In this document: piece after piece, positions 38,801 to 46,729 of the stretch
Position numbering within the stretch: the first letter of the stretch is position 1
How the letters are laid out: every line of letters starts with the position of its first letter
Origin: a virus
Direction: 5' to 3' (one strand)
Length of the DNA stretch: 64,000 nt
IMG/VR virus record: IMGVR_UViG_3300047586_000066
Location: 38,599-102,598 of that record
The notes under the pieces: model-generated
Told to the model about the DNA's origin: nothing
What the model saw: only the letters and a program-made list of their open reading frames with translations
Databases searched by the model: none
Made by a program: the position numbers and the translations under genes

Positions 38801-41800
38801 GGATCAGAGGCTCAAGTTTGTTCGATGTTTCTTGAACGAACTGTTCAGTCTCGGCATTCTCGAACGCATACCGGCGCTGATACAGCCCCTCGAGGATGCT
38901 ACTTTCTTCCCGGGTGAATGGGGATTTCTCATGAGGCATGAGAGTCAAGGAGGCTTCTCCATACTTCGAAGCTAATTGATCTTCGTAAGCATCGACCGCT
39001 TTTTGGGCATCATCGTAGCTCTGCGGTTCGGGACCCAGTTTACTTGACAGGCCGGTGTCCGCCTGAGCTGGCGTCAGATCTGGAGGAGGAGCCGGAAGCT
39101 CACTGGTAGGCTGAGCCGGTGCCGCGGCCGCTCCTATCTCCGGGATTCCTTCATTCCAGTTGGTCGCGCCGTGGCGAATGAAATAGACTCCCGGCCGCAA
39201 TGGAGCATCGTTCTCCGGATGGGTGCCAACGCGCTCCATCTTCAGTCCGTCCGGAGTGAAGCCTAACCAGTAAACGGATCCGGGCTCGCCATCCTTCTTC
39301 TGCATCTCGCCTTTGTCGATGTCGAGAGTCTCGCCGTTGGCTCCTGCTTTGATCCACGCCTCGAGGAGCTTTGCGTTTCTGAATGAGCCTACAACCGCAA
39401 ATTTCTTTTCCGGATTATCGTGAGCTGTGCCCAATACGATTTGCATATAGCCCAGAAACCTGTTTTTGAAATCGTTGAAGCTCTCTCCGGGCTTGGTTGA
39501 ACTGGGTCCCTGGCCAGGTACGGGCTCATCGGGACGATTGAGCATGTAGTCATGGAGTTTGTCGATAACGAGAGAAGTCTGCTGTCCCTCAAATCCACCA
39601 GACCTCCAAGGCTGAAGATCTTCGCTCATGTCAAGGATCGGAGCATTAGTGGCATCCGACAAGATCGTCGCTGTCTGTGCCGTCCGCTGGAGATCGCTGG
39701 AGAAGATTCCATCCAGCCCGCCATTGCGGTGGAAGTAATCTCCGATATCTGTAGCCTGGCCGATCCCGTTCTGATTCAGAGGCAGCGGATCAGAGCTTCC
39801 GCGGAGAAGTTCCTCTGACTGAGCAGGCGATACCCCTTCCGGTTCTCCTTCAGGAGGAGCTTTATCGAGAACTCCGCCCGACTCTCCACCCGGAACGGCC
39901 GCAGGAGTCTCTTCTGTCGGAGGAGCTTTTAATTCTCCGCTCTTGGGCTCGACCTGGGTCTCAATCTGGGTCTGGGCCTCAGTTCCATAAGCATTTTGTT
40001 CGACAGTGGCTTGTTCGATCGGCGTGAGCGGACGTCCGAGCCGTTGTTCTTCCTGAGCCTTCAGGGCGTCGACGTCGACAGAACCGAGTCCGGCTCTGCC
40101 CTGGGCTGCCGTGATTCGGTCCATATTGAACTTCTGCCGGATCGCGTTGACCTCATCAGAGCTGAGCGGAGCGCCCTTCTTGGACTCAGCGGCATCAAGC
40201 CGGTCCTGCAACTCCGGTATTCCGCTCTTCGCCGAACTTATTTTCCCCGCGGCAGCCGGTCTTGGTTTCCCAGCATTGATCTGAGCCTTCGTCACCCGGT
40301 CCAGGTTGAATTGACCGCGAATCTTATCGATCTCTTCCGGAGAGAGCGGAGCACCCTTTTTGGACTCGGCAGACGCCAGGCGTTCCTTGAATGTCGCATC
40401 TGTATCCGGCAAATCTCCTCCAGGAGGCGCCGGAGTCCCAGGCTCAGGGATAGACGCAGGCTCGCCTCCGGATCCAGTCGGACCAGGCGGAAGAGCTTTC
40501 TTGTCAAGGTCAGCCGACGTTCCTGCTTGCGCTGGCGGAGTAGGACCCTTGCCTGCTTCGTTCACCTTCTTGGCATTCTCAAACCGAGAGGTCTGAGCTG
40601 TCTTCTTGCCGGCCACGTAATCTTTTATGATCCCCATCCATTCCGAGGTTGTCTTGATCCCTCCGGCAAGGATGGCCGAGCCGAAGGTCGCATTGGCCAG
40701 AGCCTTCGTGACTGCATTCCCGAGACCTTCGTAATCGCCCTTCTTTGCGGCATCCCAGGCTTCCTGAGAGTCTTGAATCGCACCATAGAGCATTGGAACG
40801 CTCAGACCAAACGAAGCCGCAATTTTGAGAAACGGCGCCATGGGAATCTTTCTCAAGGCAACCATGAGAACGATATTCTTGGGCGTGGTCATCTGCTCGG
40901 CGAGTTCTCCCATGGCTTTCACGCCGCCGACAATGAAAGGTGGAGGCGGCGGCGCGGTGTAAACCACACCATTCAAACCAACGACCTGTCGAGGTCCTCG
41001 CGCAACGTCGGCATCGACTATTTTCGATACAGCGCCGGAGATCTTCAGGAAAGGATGATCGTACCAGGCCGTGTCATTCGCGACATGGGGATCCTTGTTC
41101 TCGTATCCTGGAATCTTCCCTGATGCGTAATCATCATGCAAAGTCTGGGCGTAGGACGTCGCCGACTGCGGAGAATCGAAGATGCCGAGATGCCGGCCCG
41201 TTCGCTTATAAGCGTCGACGGCTTCCTCGTTCGTCATGATATGGCCGTCATCGCTCACTGTTGGAATCAGAATCTCTTCTCCATTGATTCCGACGCTGAT
41301 CGAACGAACGGTACTCCGGGTGCCATCGGGATTGGTGACGACCGGCCGCTTTGTCAGATCGATATTCCCAGGTTCAAGAAGGCCAGGGACTTCCTTGTCG
41401 ACCAGACTCGTAGGCAAGGTTTGAGGAGTGCTCTTATCTGACTGGAGTTGAGCCGCAATGAGGCGCTGAGGTAACTGCTGTCCGGCCTGCAAGGCATCCC
41501 AAACCGACGCATATCTCTTGTCTCCACTTTTGGGATCGTACTTCTGGGCGTTCTCTCCGATGTAGAGCAACAGATCTTTGTCCTTCAGTCCCATCGCCAC
41601 GCCGGCATCGTAGACAGGCTTGATGTATTCCAGGGATTTCGGGATCACGTAGTCCGGATCATAGGCCAACTGATCAGGGACATCTTTGCCATACCCGGAG
41701 CCATTCCATTGGTAGAGACCTCGGGAATATTGCTTGTTGGAATCCATGACTTTGGCGTGGGAGTTTCCGCCCGACTCCGACATGATAATCGCCCGATTGA

Positions 41801-42275
41801 TCGCGGGATCGACGCCATAGATGTTGGCGTATCGATCGGCCTTCGTCCACAGGCTTTCAGTCTCATTTGGATCCGGAATGGCACCCGGAAGATTTTTTGG
41901 CAACTTCGCCGGCGTGAACTTTGTCGTCTGGTCCGGTGGAGGAGGAGGCAGACCCCCGCCATATGCCTGCTGGGCCAGTTCTCCTATTCTTCCAACGGCC
42001 GCTTTCGTAGCTCCCCAGGTCCTTTCCATGAGACCTGGTTCTCGGAACTCATTGACCCACTGATCATAAGGACGATGGATGATGTAGTCCTGGGATTCCT
42101 TGTCAGCGCCGGCAAAGCCTTTATCGATCTGGGAGAGCACAATTCGACGAGCTTCTGGCACTAAAGCATGGAATTTGGGGTCAAGAACTGTGTCCTTAAG
42201 AGTGGGTAGAGGTTGAGCCCCCATCCCCCCCGGAGTCGGTTCCTGTGGCGTCTGCCCTTGGGGATCTTCTGCCAT
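29850..42275 (-). CDS. giant polyvalent virion protein: SLT + permuted histidine phosphatase + DarB-like N6-adenine methyltransferase + SNF2 helicase
   Basis: AIIMSESGG..SRGLYQ; SSDLQRTAQTA/GES/RHGATNWN; DPAFGIGNF/ISNVPF; GVGGGKT/IDEAHNYKN/LTATP/QRGGRGLRQGN. Confidence 0.88.
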   Translation of the reverse strand: MAEDPQGQTPQEPTPGGMGAQPLPTLKDTVLDPKFHALVPEARRIVLSQIDKGFAGADKESQDYIIHRPYDQWVNEFREPGLMERTWGATKAAVGRIGELAQQAYGGGLPPPPPDQTTKFTPAKLPKNLPGAIPDPNETESLWTKADRYANIYGVDPAINRAIIMSESGGNSHAKVMDSNKQYSRGLYQWNGSGYGKDVPDQLAYDPDYVIPKSLEYIKPVYDAGVAMGLKDKDLLLYIGENAQKYDPKSGDKRYASVWDALQAGQQLPQRLIAAQLQSDKSTPQTLPTSLVDKEVPGLLEPGNIDLTKRPVVTNPDGTRSTVRSISVGINGEEILIPTVSDDGHIMTNEEAVDAYKRTGRHLGIFDSPQSATSYAQTLHDDYASGKIPGYENKDPHVANDTAWYDHPFLKISGAVSKIVDADVARGPRQVVGLNGVVYTAPPPPPFIVGGVKAMGELAEQMTTPKNIVLMVALRKIPMAPFLKIAASFGLSVPMLYGAIQDSQEAWDAAKKGDYEGLGNAVTKALANATFGSAILAGGIKTTSEWMGIIKDYVAGKKTAQTSRFENAKKVNEAGKGPTPPAQAGTSADLDKKALPPGPTGSGGEPASIPEPGTPAPPGGDLPDTDATFKERLASAESKKGAPLSPEEIDKIRGQFNLDRVTKAQINAGKPRPAAAGKISSAKSGIPELQDRLDAAESKKGAPLSSDEVNAIRQKFNMDRITAAQGRAGLGSVDVDALKAQEEQRLGRPLTPIEQATVEQNAYGTEAQTQIETQVEPKSGELKAPPTEETPAAVPGGESGGVLDKAPPEGEPEGVSPAQSEELLRGSSDPLPLNQNGIGQATDIGDYFHRNGGLDGIFSSDLQRTAQTATILSDATNAPILDMSEDLQPWRSGGFEGQQTSLVIDKLHDYMLNRPDEPVPGQGPSSTKPGESFNDFKNRFLGYMQIVLGTAHDNPEKKFAVVGSFRNAKLLEAWIKAGANGETLDIDKGEMQKKDGEPGSVYWLGFTPDGLKMERVGTHPENDAPLRPGVYFIRHGATNWNEGIPEIGAAAAPAQPTSELPAPPPDLTPAQADTGLSSKLGPEPQSYDDAQKAVDAYEDQLASKYGEASLTLMPHEKSPFTREESSILEGLYQRRYAFENAETEQFVQETSNKLEPLIPDQAERMKFARKITQADIPTSLRTDASPEAWKGVGQLANEIVHHLSEKLGDPPQTAFSIRAKIAGTADEPKIQLAMSSEAGLGPSQRVLDEAQKWMNHLFADAAHIPKIPGARTAIKRESLPEPPGKTSGFSRLRIRGMAQRQHQDLDHIARRLYGKPFDGLSNDEINTIGKNLERSGGRAPVPTHGIPPPPEVTVPEEQATFSTQLKALNKGRRRVVFIPNDPTVDIDNFSQSIIDRSGVDPDTIGAIDIEGKGRYLYDPKAISAEDIRTAAQNNTDFSLMGILEPKSEMTTVGVRAEVPKQNGGWTEAATAIVSPGNQEAQTEEFQDQFDDQNARIVTGPAESIAAGTIAEREGLPQPPPEDIEVVPPRKERKPSEQRDRTAKNIPSGGVSGEAGGPTPAGVSGEVREAEPSGGPDTAVPTEQPAERPAPRPVKKPDIGELSKGSRYSLRGRDPIVLSKQERRDINARVIDLVQTKQPGDPLTDEEKDLLRKYTGSGGLGDTEKERGLLYEHYTSYRMVEWTWDKLRAMGFPVEDIKMMDPAFGIGNFGGFAHPSVQIFGTEIDEIAVKVARLLYPDAKVSNLPFEEYAPRRDIDLFISNVPFNAHRGALKYSDEAKEYEDIKALHDFFFMKSLDMARPNGMVAYFTSIGTMDGTGVDKVETRKEMNRRGEFLGAYRTPNGEFSKNTHYEGSTDVIFFRKRTPEEMANWTDTMYQEEFIHALNPKDEGNPTKGKLSSWYVKHPEKAWGTLKSGLGLYEEQVGVEHFKGADGKRDAARYDRVMHGALKDEIRYVPVKITASTREDKEESERPILGERPEGMKTGTIVWDAEKEKFGYAAKDGNIYEASEMPRKRKGGEDKNKTFNRVQRGLRLMELTDELYSALRENDIDRADQLRELIRPTLEKYKKDYATAKSNPSGAPGTDPALWKYLNGGPASNPFPFADPRVWRLAGLTDRKGDPSDIFTKNTMYRPAPVPRSFDPTDAVDTAKFVYEETSVMDWDRFKSLYTGPGDQNDLVGHPDFSIEALDANALPVLQIDDEYLFGDIYPKIDETNTLYNEIESTHEDSTDKAKILEVLSKQLEKLQNALPEQADTDEVIRRSDPFSSYMQDRIVKTWVQNQFPGTWTVEKEFDPERGKFAWHVSGHFRLQMEVAGEIKDANGVPLPTQVVLDEEVVENYLNHRRPTKQIPTGQRDAKGREKMKTIFSEVGERTYKKLTDYFQTWARGNRSYFEDLTPIYNRMFRSFRERFYSPKQLNIPGLASTFKGKPLEIQSHQWEGVGRQAHMGAGIVSYGVGGGKTLVGILLAAHLKATGKVTKPMIVAPAKVVKNWAYEISQVLPDAKIADLSGMDADNRYRMLQRVAASDADYILISFESMKEIPLQKSEEYIREDIRLFEDRLHATMAAGGKSDAQRKKREQDIQNAVMRLEERLAQLQAFKKTKTVWFEDLGVDGIIIDEAHNYKNSPRSYGDMAEYVHEGKPAQRAADMVYKTRYIHERRGGKKGANVFGLTATPTPNHPSEIYAMMQYVAPEEWTSRGIMNAGDFIEQFGVIDTVEVKGATGVPTSKTVWTGYKNLKELRSIFRRYVDFRPIEMLPVQRPAAEYQDHKLEPTEAVTEAAGYIAWLDEFVKEDFRHAAELGINHLTVLTEARKVAADPAIFDPVKYGDSLGGPGSKLDSLINNVINLDTGDNCQLIFCDLYRGGYHEEEGDDLENQKISQGGEDDEDPEASKQKKGKFVELLNIHKHIKAKLIEAGIPESQIEIINQQSNSGAKAKFKVQQENAEGKNRFLIGTTQSMGEGMNLQTYTTDIHNYDVPWNPAGLEQRGGRGLRQGNTNDVVRIHRYLVKGTSDAKLYDILARKDRWNKELWMGDADEVTDFDSDGRNFQELADSAAIPQSTLDYYRAKHASTLAQAGIAELEKDIQQSEHAVVNHENRIKSWQDRITDYEKDIREGNGSAYYEQLLESLRNNVSDAQSRVKNYQDEIAKWRDRIESLGEEYSKAEAYVVLYEQAKRSGKSVEEVDAEAGIASSAPRKFLSGLQLKKAVPTVKRKVAKPPAGGLPGPPGGLKPPDMDVDALDTRVKDLTKQRDEAGNQGDFELYNQLSDQVLDAQRQLDERINNRLTPLPESKVAQPDEETEPKDAANEPEPDNKGPHYMYSGGPSTQQILGAVARTLGYTAGIGGRSPEEVLADLQTAMGQERRQLEEALRSFFVGDRDPSIVETNQLREMCRQMIPSVLDQQAVSLLREFGNRPGELQEFMDGTHPIFNKVARYFAQKNPKATPQEVTDARLRAIKAVRELRPVIERAMNPSPEMQQVADLQTAYFRRRLYEGRLLGFLQSNILPEDYLVHILTFDQEPSSGNAAPTNIKGHPMPRNFEFASKRTFPDLLTALAFSGETGARPATFNALDAMTIYGDRWAKVAATVKLIGLLKNNGVLKYGTRGDPDLKDWVPYTRGENALWDYHFAYDDKDTGEPRTAYRRAFGPKPIVEALRAITDPDYLRHLKGYTAIRVYQAMLKSVELGLSFFHMKALTATAIANMGPKEIKTIFEKGFSDTPTFKAGEVLGARYGLVTSMAGKAIEAYRGIRAEESPLADKLRTVPGIKQIDEAARGLTRFMFDHMQRIFKVHDFMLKDAAWIAKHPVEAQNPNRLAEARRSIAKEVNSAYGGLNWEVMGLNKMLVGAARLFFLAPDWTFSNVIQLKYAFEMAPPPAGGAPPPAGGAPPPGGTPPGGGPPNQPPGAGLPPPPDNPMGRLIESTPAGRAARWFWFRAFVFGILLSEFTSLMLTGKFSRHPTAVYAGKDKDGKDVFYKKTFFAGGPSDLIQAWDNVQDYGLVQGLLRSIANKMSPLSRTGMEALKNEDWAGRAIAQKGMPEPAASIRGLLHIAGGITPIPFSVTNLISMLTRGDQRYSIPEYIMETLMAIRATHEVPKGARVITSGPNKGRVVKASPKKERGVIDQILSGKVNAPARKSASASLPPPPSP
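30600..30680. repeat. tandem 21-nt repeats encoding a GAPPPAG linker
   Basis: GGAGGAGCCCCACCGGCC repeated. Confidence 0.75.
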
Positions 42276-42278
42276 GAC

Positions 42279-43973
42279 TTAACCTTTTGCTTTTTTGATG
42301 ATCGATTGAGCTCCAGCGGGGACCGCTCCGGTTTTCTGACCGCCTTTATTCAAATACTTGCTGGCCGCATCCTGGGCCGAAGTATCCGGAGCAGGCGTTG
42401 TAGCAGGCGTTCCGGGAGGAGGCGTCAATCCTTTCTGTGATTTGGTCGATTCTCCCATTTCGGTCATAACGGTATCGTAATCGACACCGCTGTCTGCCAA
42501 CACCATTTTCAAAACATCCTGGTAGGTGCGCGTGTCATCCGGAGCCAAGACTATCTTATTCGCGATCTGTCGGGCCTGAGTCAGAAGAGCCGAAGCAGCC
42601 TTACCCTGAGCGGCTGTATTCCCCTTGCGGAGGGCGTCCAATCGAGCTTGTCTGAGCGGAGCAATCAGCTCTCGTCCGGTGTTGAGTAATTTCTGTCCCG
42701 CGACTCCGAGCCTGGCTTTCTCATAGGCCAGATCTCCCATCTTTCCTTTAAGGGCTCGATAAGCATCCAAAGCCTCATCGTCAGTCCAGTTCTTCTCCGG
42801 GTGCGCGGCTTTCATCCAGCCGGCTTCGCGCATTTCTTTGTCGCTGGCTGTCATCTGTCCAGCGGTGACTCCAGAAGGCAGGGCGTTCACAGGCTCGCCA
42901 TAGCGGTCATGATAGACGTCGTAGAATTTTCCGGGCTGTCCGACGAACTTACCGTTAGTCGCGTCCGCGAGATCTTCTCCCTTGACTCTTCTGCTTGCCG
43001 ATCCTGAGACCACGCCAGCGTAATTTACCGGTAGGCTGACCGGCTTCCCTGTTTTAAGTTCCGTCTTTAGCGCAGCAGCCTGTGTCTTGGAGAGTCCCTC
43101 AAACAATCCCTGGTCAGTTGCCCACTGGACGCGTTTGTCTCCGAATTCTTCCTGCTGCTTCTCGAGCGCAGCGGCCTTTTCGACGTCCACTGGGATCATT
43201 GACCTTGCCCTCGCCTGCTCGATCGCGGTCTGGGCCGAGACTGCTGGGTTCATCGCATAGCCAGGAGGCAATGCCAATCCTGGTACTGCCGCAGCTCCGG
43301 TAGCGTCTGCCACTGGAGTCTTAGGAGGAGCTGCTGGAGGTTTAGCCAGTGATGGTTTGGCGACGTCAGCCGGAGCTGCTGTCGCGGCCTGACCAGGAGG
43401 AGGAGGGATCGGGAGCCCCATGGATCCCATTTCCCCCATCGTTTGCGTATAGCCCGCTTCCGGAACTGGAGGCGCCGCTTCCGCTGGCGCTGGAGCGGGT
43501 GCGCTTACCGGTGGAGCCGCTGTTACCTGTTCCTGAGCTGTCGGAGCTGGCGCAGAAGTCCCCGCCGCTTGACTTAATAGATCTCCAGTAGCCGGTCCTT
43601 GGCTTGCTCCCGCAGGTTTGGCCGCACCGTTTCCGCCGCCGCCCATGCCCTTAAACATTCCAACGAGCTTGGCTATGCCGCCGATCTTTTGATTCATGGC
43701 CTTTTCGGCCTGCATCACAGCGTCTTGGGCTTGTTGATTGGCCTGATCCATTACAGTTTTGGCAGACTGGACTACCCTGTCGTGATCTGGGCCCCAGACA
43801 GTCTTCGCATTTTCGGCTTCAATAATTTGACGCTGGCGCTCTGCGACCTGTTGATGCTGGTTGGCAAGGCTCATCAGATCGTGGAATTGCTCCTGCTTTT
43901 GGGCATGACGGGTAGCAATGGTATCTGAATATCCCTTCATGAATGCCCCAAATCCGGTTCCGAAGCCTCCCAT
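42279..43973 (-). CDS. putative internal virion (ejection) protein
   Basis: Ala/Pro/Gln-rich helical 564 aa upstream of the giant gene. Confidence 0.55.
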   Translation of the reverse strand: MGGFGTGFGAFMKGYSDTIATRHAQKQEQFHDLMSLANQHQQVAERQRQIIEAENAKTVWGPDHDRVVQSAKTVMDQANQQAQDAVMQAEKAMNQKIGGIAKLVGMFKGMGGGGNGAAKPAGASQGPATGDLLSQAAGTSAPAPTAQEQVTAAPPVSAPAPAPAEAAPPVPEAGYTQTMGEMGSMGLPIPPPPGQAATAAPADVAKPSLAKPPAAPPKTPVADATGAAAVPGLALPPGYAMNPAVSAQTAIEQARARSMIPVDVEKAAALEKQQEEFGDKRVQWATDQGLFEGLSKTQAAALKTELKTGKPVSLPVNYAGVVSGSASRRVKGEDLADATNGKFVGQPGKFYDVYHDRYGEPVNALPSGVTAGQMTASDKEMREAGWMKAAHPEKNWTDDEALDAYRALKGKMGDLAYEKARLGVAGQKLLNTGRELIAPLRQARLDALRKGNTAAQGKAASALLTQARQIANKIVLAPDDTRTYQDVLKMVLADSGVDYDTVMTEMGESTKSQKGLTPPPGTPATTPAPDTSAQDAASKYLNKGGQKTGAVPAGAQSIIKKAKG

Positions 43974-43974
43974 A

Positions 43975-44337
43975 TTACCTCCTGGATCCTGTTCGGCTTG
44001 CCTTACGGGCTTTCTTGCGAGGGGTTCTTGCAGCTTTCTCTGCTGCCTTTACAACGTGGACCGGAACAACAATCTCGTCTTTATGCATTCGGTAGATCCC
44101 GGTCCTTTTGACCCGTCCACCTTTTTTCATGCTTCCAGCGGTTTCGCCTGCCGTGGCAGCCTGGCTCAAGAGGTCACCCTTAGCCGGTTCAGAACTTGAA
44201 CCCGCTGCGGTCTCGCTCCGGCTCAGCTTTTTCCCGATCCACCGACTTAGAGGAGATTCGCTGTTATCGTCCTTCGCTTTTAGACTGCCAGCAACCCCGC
44301 TTGCAAATCCGCCGATTGCATCACCGACTCCAGCCAT
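43975..44337 (-). CDS. small virion-associated protein with basic tail
   Basis: MKKGGRVKRTG...HKDE.VVP motif; Arg/Lys-rich C-terminus. Confidence 0.55.
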   Translation of the reverse strand: MAGVGDAIGGFASGVAGSLKAKDDNSESPLSRWIGKKLSRSETAAGSSSEPAKGDLLSQAATAGETAGSMKKGGRVKRTGIYRMHKDEIVVPVHVVKAAEKAARTPRKKARKASRTGSRR

Positions 44338-44364
44338 AACGACTCCTTTTGTGCACCCAGTGCA

Positions 44365-44880
44365 CTAAATCATACCGACAAGAGACCCGACGCCGCTCAT
44401 CATACTGCCAAGCGATTGTGCCCCCATTTGGGCCAGATTCGTGTAAGTGCCGGACGCTCCGCCCAAGGCTTGACTTCCTGTGCTCATGCTACTTATCCCT
44501 GCCTGAGTTCCAAGATTTGCCTGGTTTGCCAGTCGGGTGACAGCATCGCTGACACCCCCGGAATAGATCCCGGTTTTCGCCCCGGCTTCTGAGGTATCAA
44601 GGTTCCTCATTGAGATGTCCCTCAATCCTCCAGGAGGCAATTCCTTGGCAGCTTTACGAGCCAGTGAGAATTGTTGGCTGGCCGCGTTGATCTGTGGAGC
44701 TACGGCCTGCTGAAGTTGCGGGCCACCCTTGATGATATTTGACCAGAAGTCTCCAGTCTGCTTTCGATAAGGAGCCGCCTCTCCCCACATTTGCTTGGAG
44801 AAGTCGATCATTTGCTTGCCAATATCGGCTTGAGATTTTGCTGCATCCCTCGCTGACGACTGATCGCCTTTACCACCCAT
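44365..44880 (-). CDS. Gly/Ala/Ser-rich ejection protein-like
   Basis: MGGKG start, composition, position after the GNAT-like gene. Confidence 0.55.
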   Translation of the reverse strand: MGGKGDQSSARDAAKSQADIGKQMIDFSKQMWGEAAPYRKQTGDFWSNIIKGGPQLQQAVAPQINAASQQFSLARKAAKELPPGGLRDISMRNLDTSEAGAKTGIYSGGVSDAVTRLANQANLGTQAGISSMSTGSQALGGASGTYTNLAQMGAQSLGSMMSGVGSLVGMI

Positions 44881-44882
44881 AA

Positions 44883-45485
44883 TTACTCCAGTCTACTGGC
44901 GTGATACGACTCTTTGGACATCCAGGAGACGATCCCGTCACATTTCTGACCTTCATAAGTTGTGTAATCGGGGATCCGGCATAGCTCCTTGAGCCCAAGA
45001 CGCTTCACAAATATTGAAGCTGCCCGATTCAGGGAAGGAGTCAACCCTACCAACGTATCCAAATTGAGAACATCAAACCAGTAATCGAAGATAAGATCTC
45101 TGAATGGATCAGTGTAGGCCGGCTTCTGATAATCAGCGAAGAACAGGAAGTTGCCAACCGCCTTCACGAGAATTCCGCCGCTGCATGATGCCATGTCGGC
45201 CAACCATGCCATGCCACAGATATCTACCACCTTGTCCTCGGACATGATCGCAAGGATCTGGAGCAGGGTTTTTGAGCCAGAAAAGAAATTCATGAATTCC
45301 AGGAGTGAGATATCCGGATTCTCATGGAACACAACCGAGTCCAACTTCTCTGCTTTCAACCTGAAAAACAGATCAATCAAAGCCTGATGCTGGTCCGTGC
45401 CGTTCTGTGGGCAGTACGGAATCATCAGATAAGGTCCGCGGCGAGGTTCAAATTTAGCCGTTGCTTCAGTAATCGTTTCTTGCAT
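44883..45485 (-). CDS. GNAT-fold protein
   Basis: LVGLTPSLNRAASIFVKRLGLKE resembles the GNAT C-terminal motif. Confidence 0.55.
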   Translation of the reverse strand: MQETITEATAKFEPRRGPYLMIPYCPQNGTDQHQALIDLFFRLKAEKLDSVVFHENPDISLLEFMNFFSGSKTLLQILAIMSEDKVVDICGMAWLADMASCSGGILVKAVGNFLFFADYQKPAYTDPFRDLIFDYWFDVLNLDTLVGLTPSLNRAASIFVKRLGLKELCRIPDYTTYEGQKCDGIVSWMSKESYHASRLE

Positions 45486-45502
45486 AAGGCTCTCCCGAAT
45501 TC

Positions 45503-45523
45503 AGTCTATCATTGCGCTGTCAA
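45503..45523 (-). promoter_or_regulatory. TTGACA-N9-TAGACT motif (putative late promoter)
   Basis: fills a short intergenic gap. Confidence 0.5.
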
Positions 45524-45526
45524 GTC

Positions 45527-45901
45527 CTAGCTAATGTAGGCGATCACGTCCCCAGGACCGACGATTGATCCGGGCTGGTTTGTTGCCGATGCCGGGTAAA
45601 ACGGTTCAACGTCATAGGTGTAAGCCTCGAAATCGCCTAGAATCGTATTTGGGCTCGGAACGGCGTCAAGCCAAGCGTAATTGTTGACTCCGATGGACTT
45701 GGTAACATGATATAAGGCTTCAAAAAAGGCCGCCTTCCTCAAATTGAAAGATTCGAAATCGGAATATTCAGCGTCAGTCATCAAGGCCAGGGCATCAACT
45801 TCTATGGTGTCCGGGGTAGGAACAGTGTCTACCTCTTCGATTTTTGTAAACCCAGTATTGATGTGTTTGAACTCGTCTATCTTGTAAATTCCCAGAGTCA
45901 T
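45527..45901 (-). CDS. hypothetical virion protein
   Basis: 124-aa ORF in the operon. Confidence 0.6.
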   Translation of the reverse strand: MTLGIYKIDEFKHINTGFTKIEEVDTVPTPDTIEVDALALMTDAEYSDFESFNLRKAAFFEALYHVTKSIGVNNYAWLDAVPSPNTILGDFEAYTYDVEPFYPASATNQPGSIVGPGDVIAYIS

Positions 45902-45903
45902 AA

Positions 45904-46728
45904 CTATGGTACCCTGACGTAAATTGCCGCTCCGATTGCGCTGGTCATGCCAAGAACCTGTCTAAAATCTCCGGTAGCTCCTACGTCTATGGGGATGGTA
46001 ATTTTCCCTGACTCACCAGTTAAACCAGACGGCCCCATGAAGCATTGATAGCGCCTGCCGGCCAGTTTGTTGCCCCCCGCTATCGCCGTGTTGATGTGTA
46101 TGATCGGCTTGAATATGTTACTCCCGGACTGCGAGAGCACCGGAGTGTTGCTTGTGTTTTGAGCGTTGCAATAGCTGAGCACCCTGGCTGCCAAAGTCGC
46201 CGTCACATTATCGACCATAGCCGCATATTGCCAGGTATTGCTACTCAAAGCGTCTGCCGTACTTCTTGATCCTCCACCAAAACAATAATGTGTGTGTGAA
46301 TTTTGAGCCTCCGGCGACAGGTCGAGGATTCCACCAAACACGCATTCTGGGGCAACGGAAACAATCTCTATGTCTACATAAAGATGGAATTGGCCTGAGT
46401 AGATCCTGACAATCCAGTTGTTGGATGCCGTTCCATTTATTCTTCTGGTGCACAGTGTTACTCCGTTTTGATTCCTTACCCTGCATTCCAATTTCAGGTC
46501 GCTGGCTCCAGCTACATTGGTCAGGAGAATATCGAAGAATCGCCCCGAAGCATCGACAGGAGAAGTCAGAAGGACTGCCGGGGTGCCCGGTCTAAGATCT
46601 GAGGTAGTCCAGGCTGGGCTGTTGGCTGCAACTTGGGCAAGGGCGTCGGACAGAACGGTGTCCATGCTACTGACGCCCTGGCGTTCGAAGTAATAAAAAT
46701 TTGAGCCCAAAAAAGTCGGAACTGACAT
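45904..46728 (-). CDS. putative tail protein, paralog of 46730..47551
   Basis: shared M.VP.FL..NF.Y, PAWTT, SPV..G.FF, T.PID.G.TG.F. Confidence 0.65.
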   Translation of the reverse strand: MSVPTFLGSNFYYFERQGVSSMDTVLSDALAQVAANSPAWTTSDLRPGTPAVLLTSPVDASGRFFDILLTNVAGASDLKLECRVRNQNGVTLCTRRINGTASNNWIVRIYSGQFHLYVDIEIVSVAPECVFGGILDLSPEAQNSHTHYCFGGGSRSTADALSSNTWQYAAMVDNVTATLAARVLSYCNAQNTSNTPVLSQSGSNIFKPIIHINTAIAGGNKLAGRRYQCFMGPSGLTGESGKITIPIDVGATGDFRQVLGMTSAIGAAIYVRVP

Positions 46729-46729
46729 A

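Noticed and set aside
15531-42275. Inteins in DnaB or the giant helicase
   Set aside because: DnaB has normal length, and no intein termini or LAGLIDADG motifs were noticed
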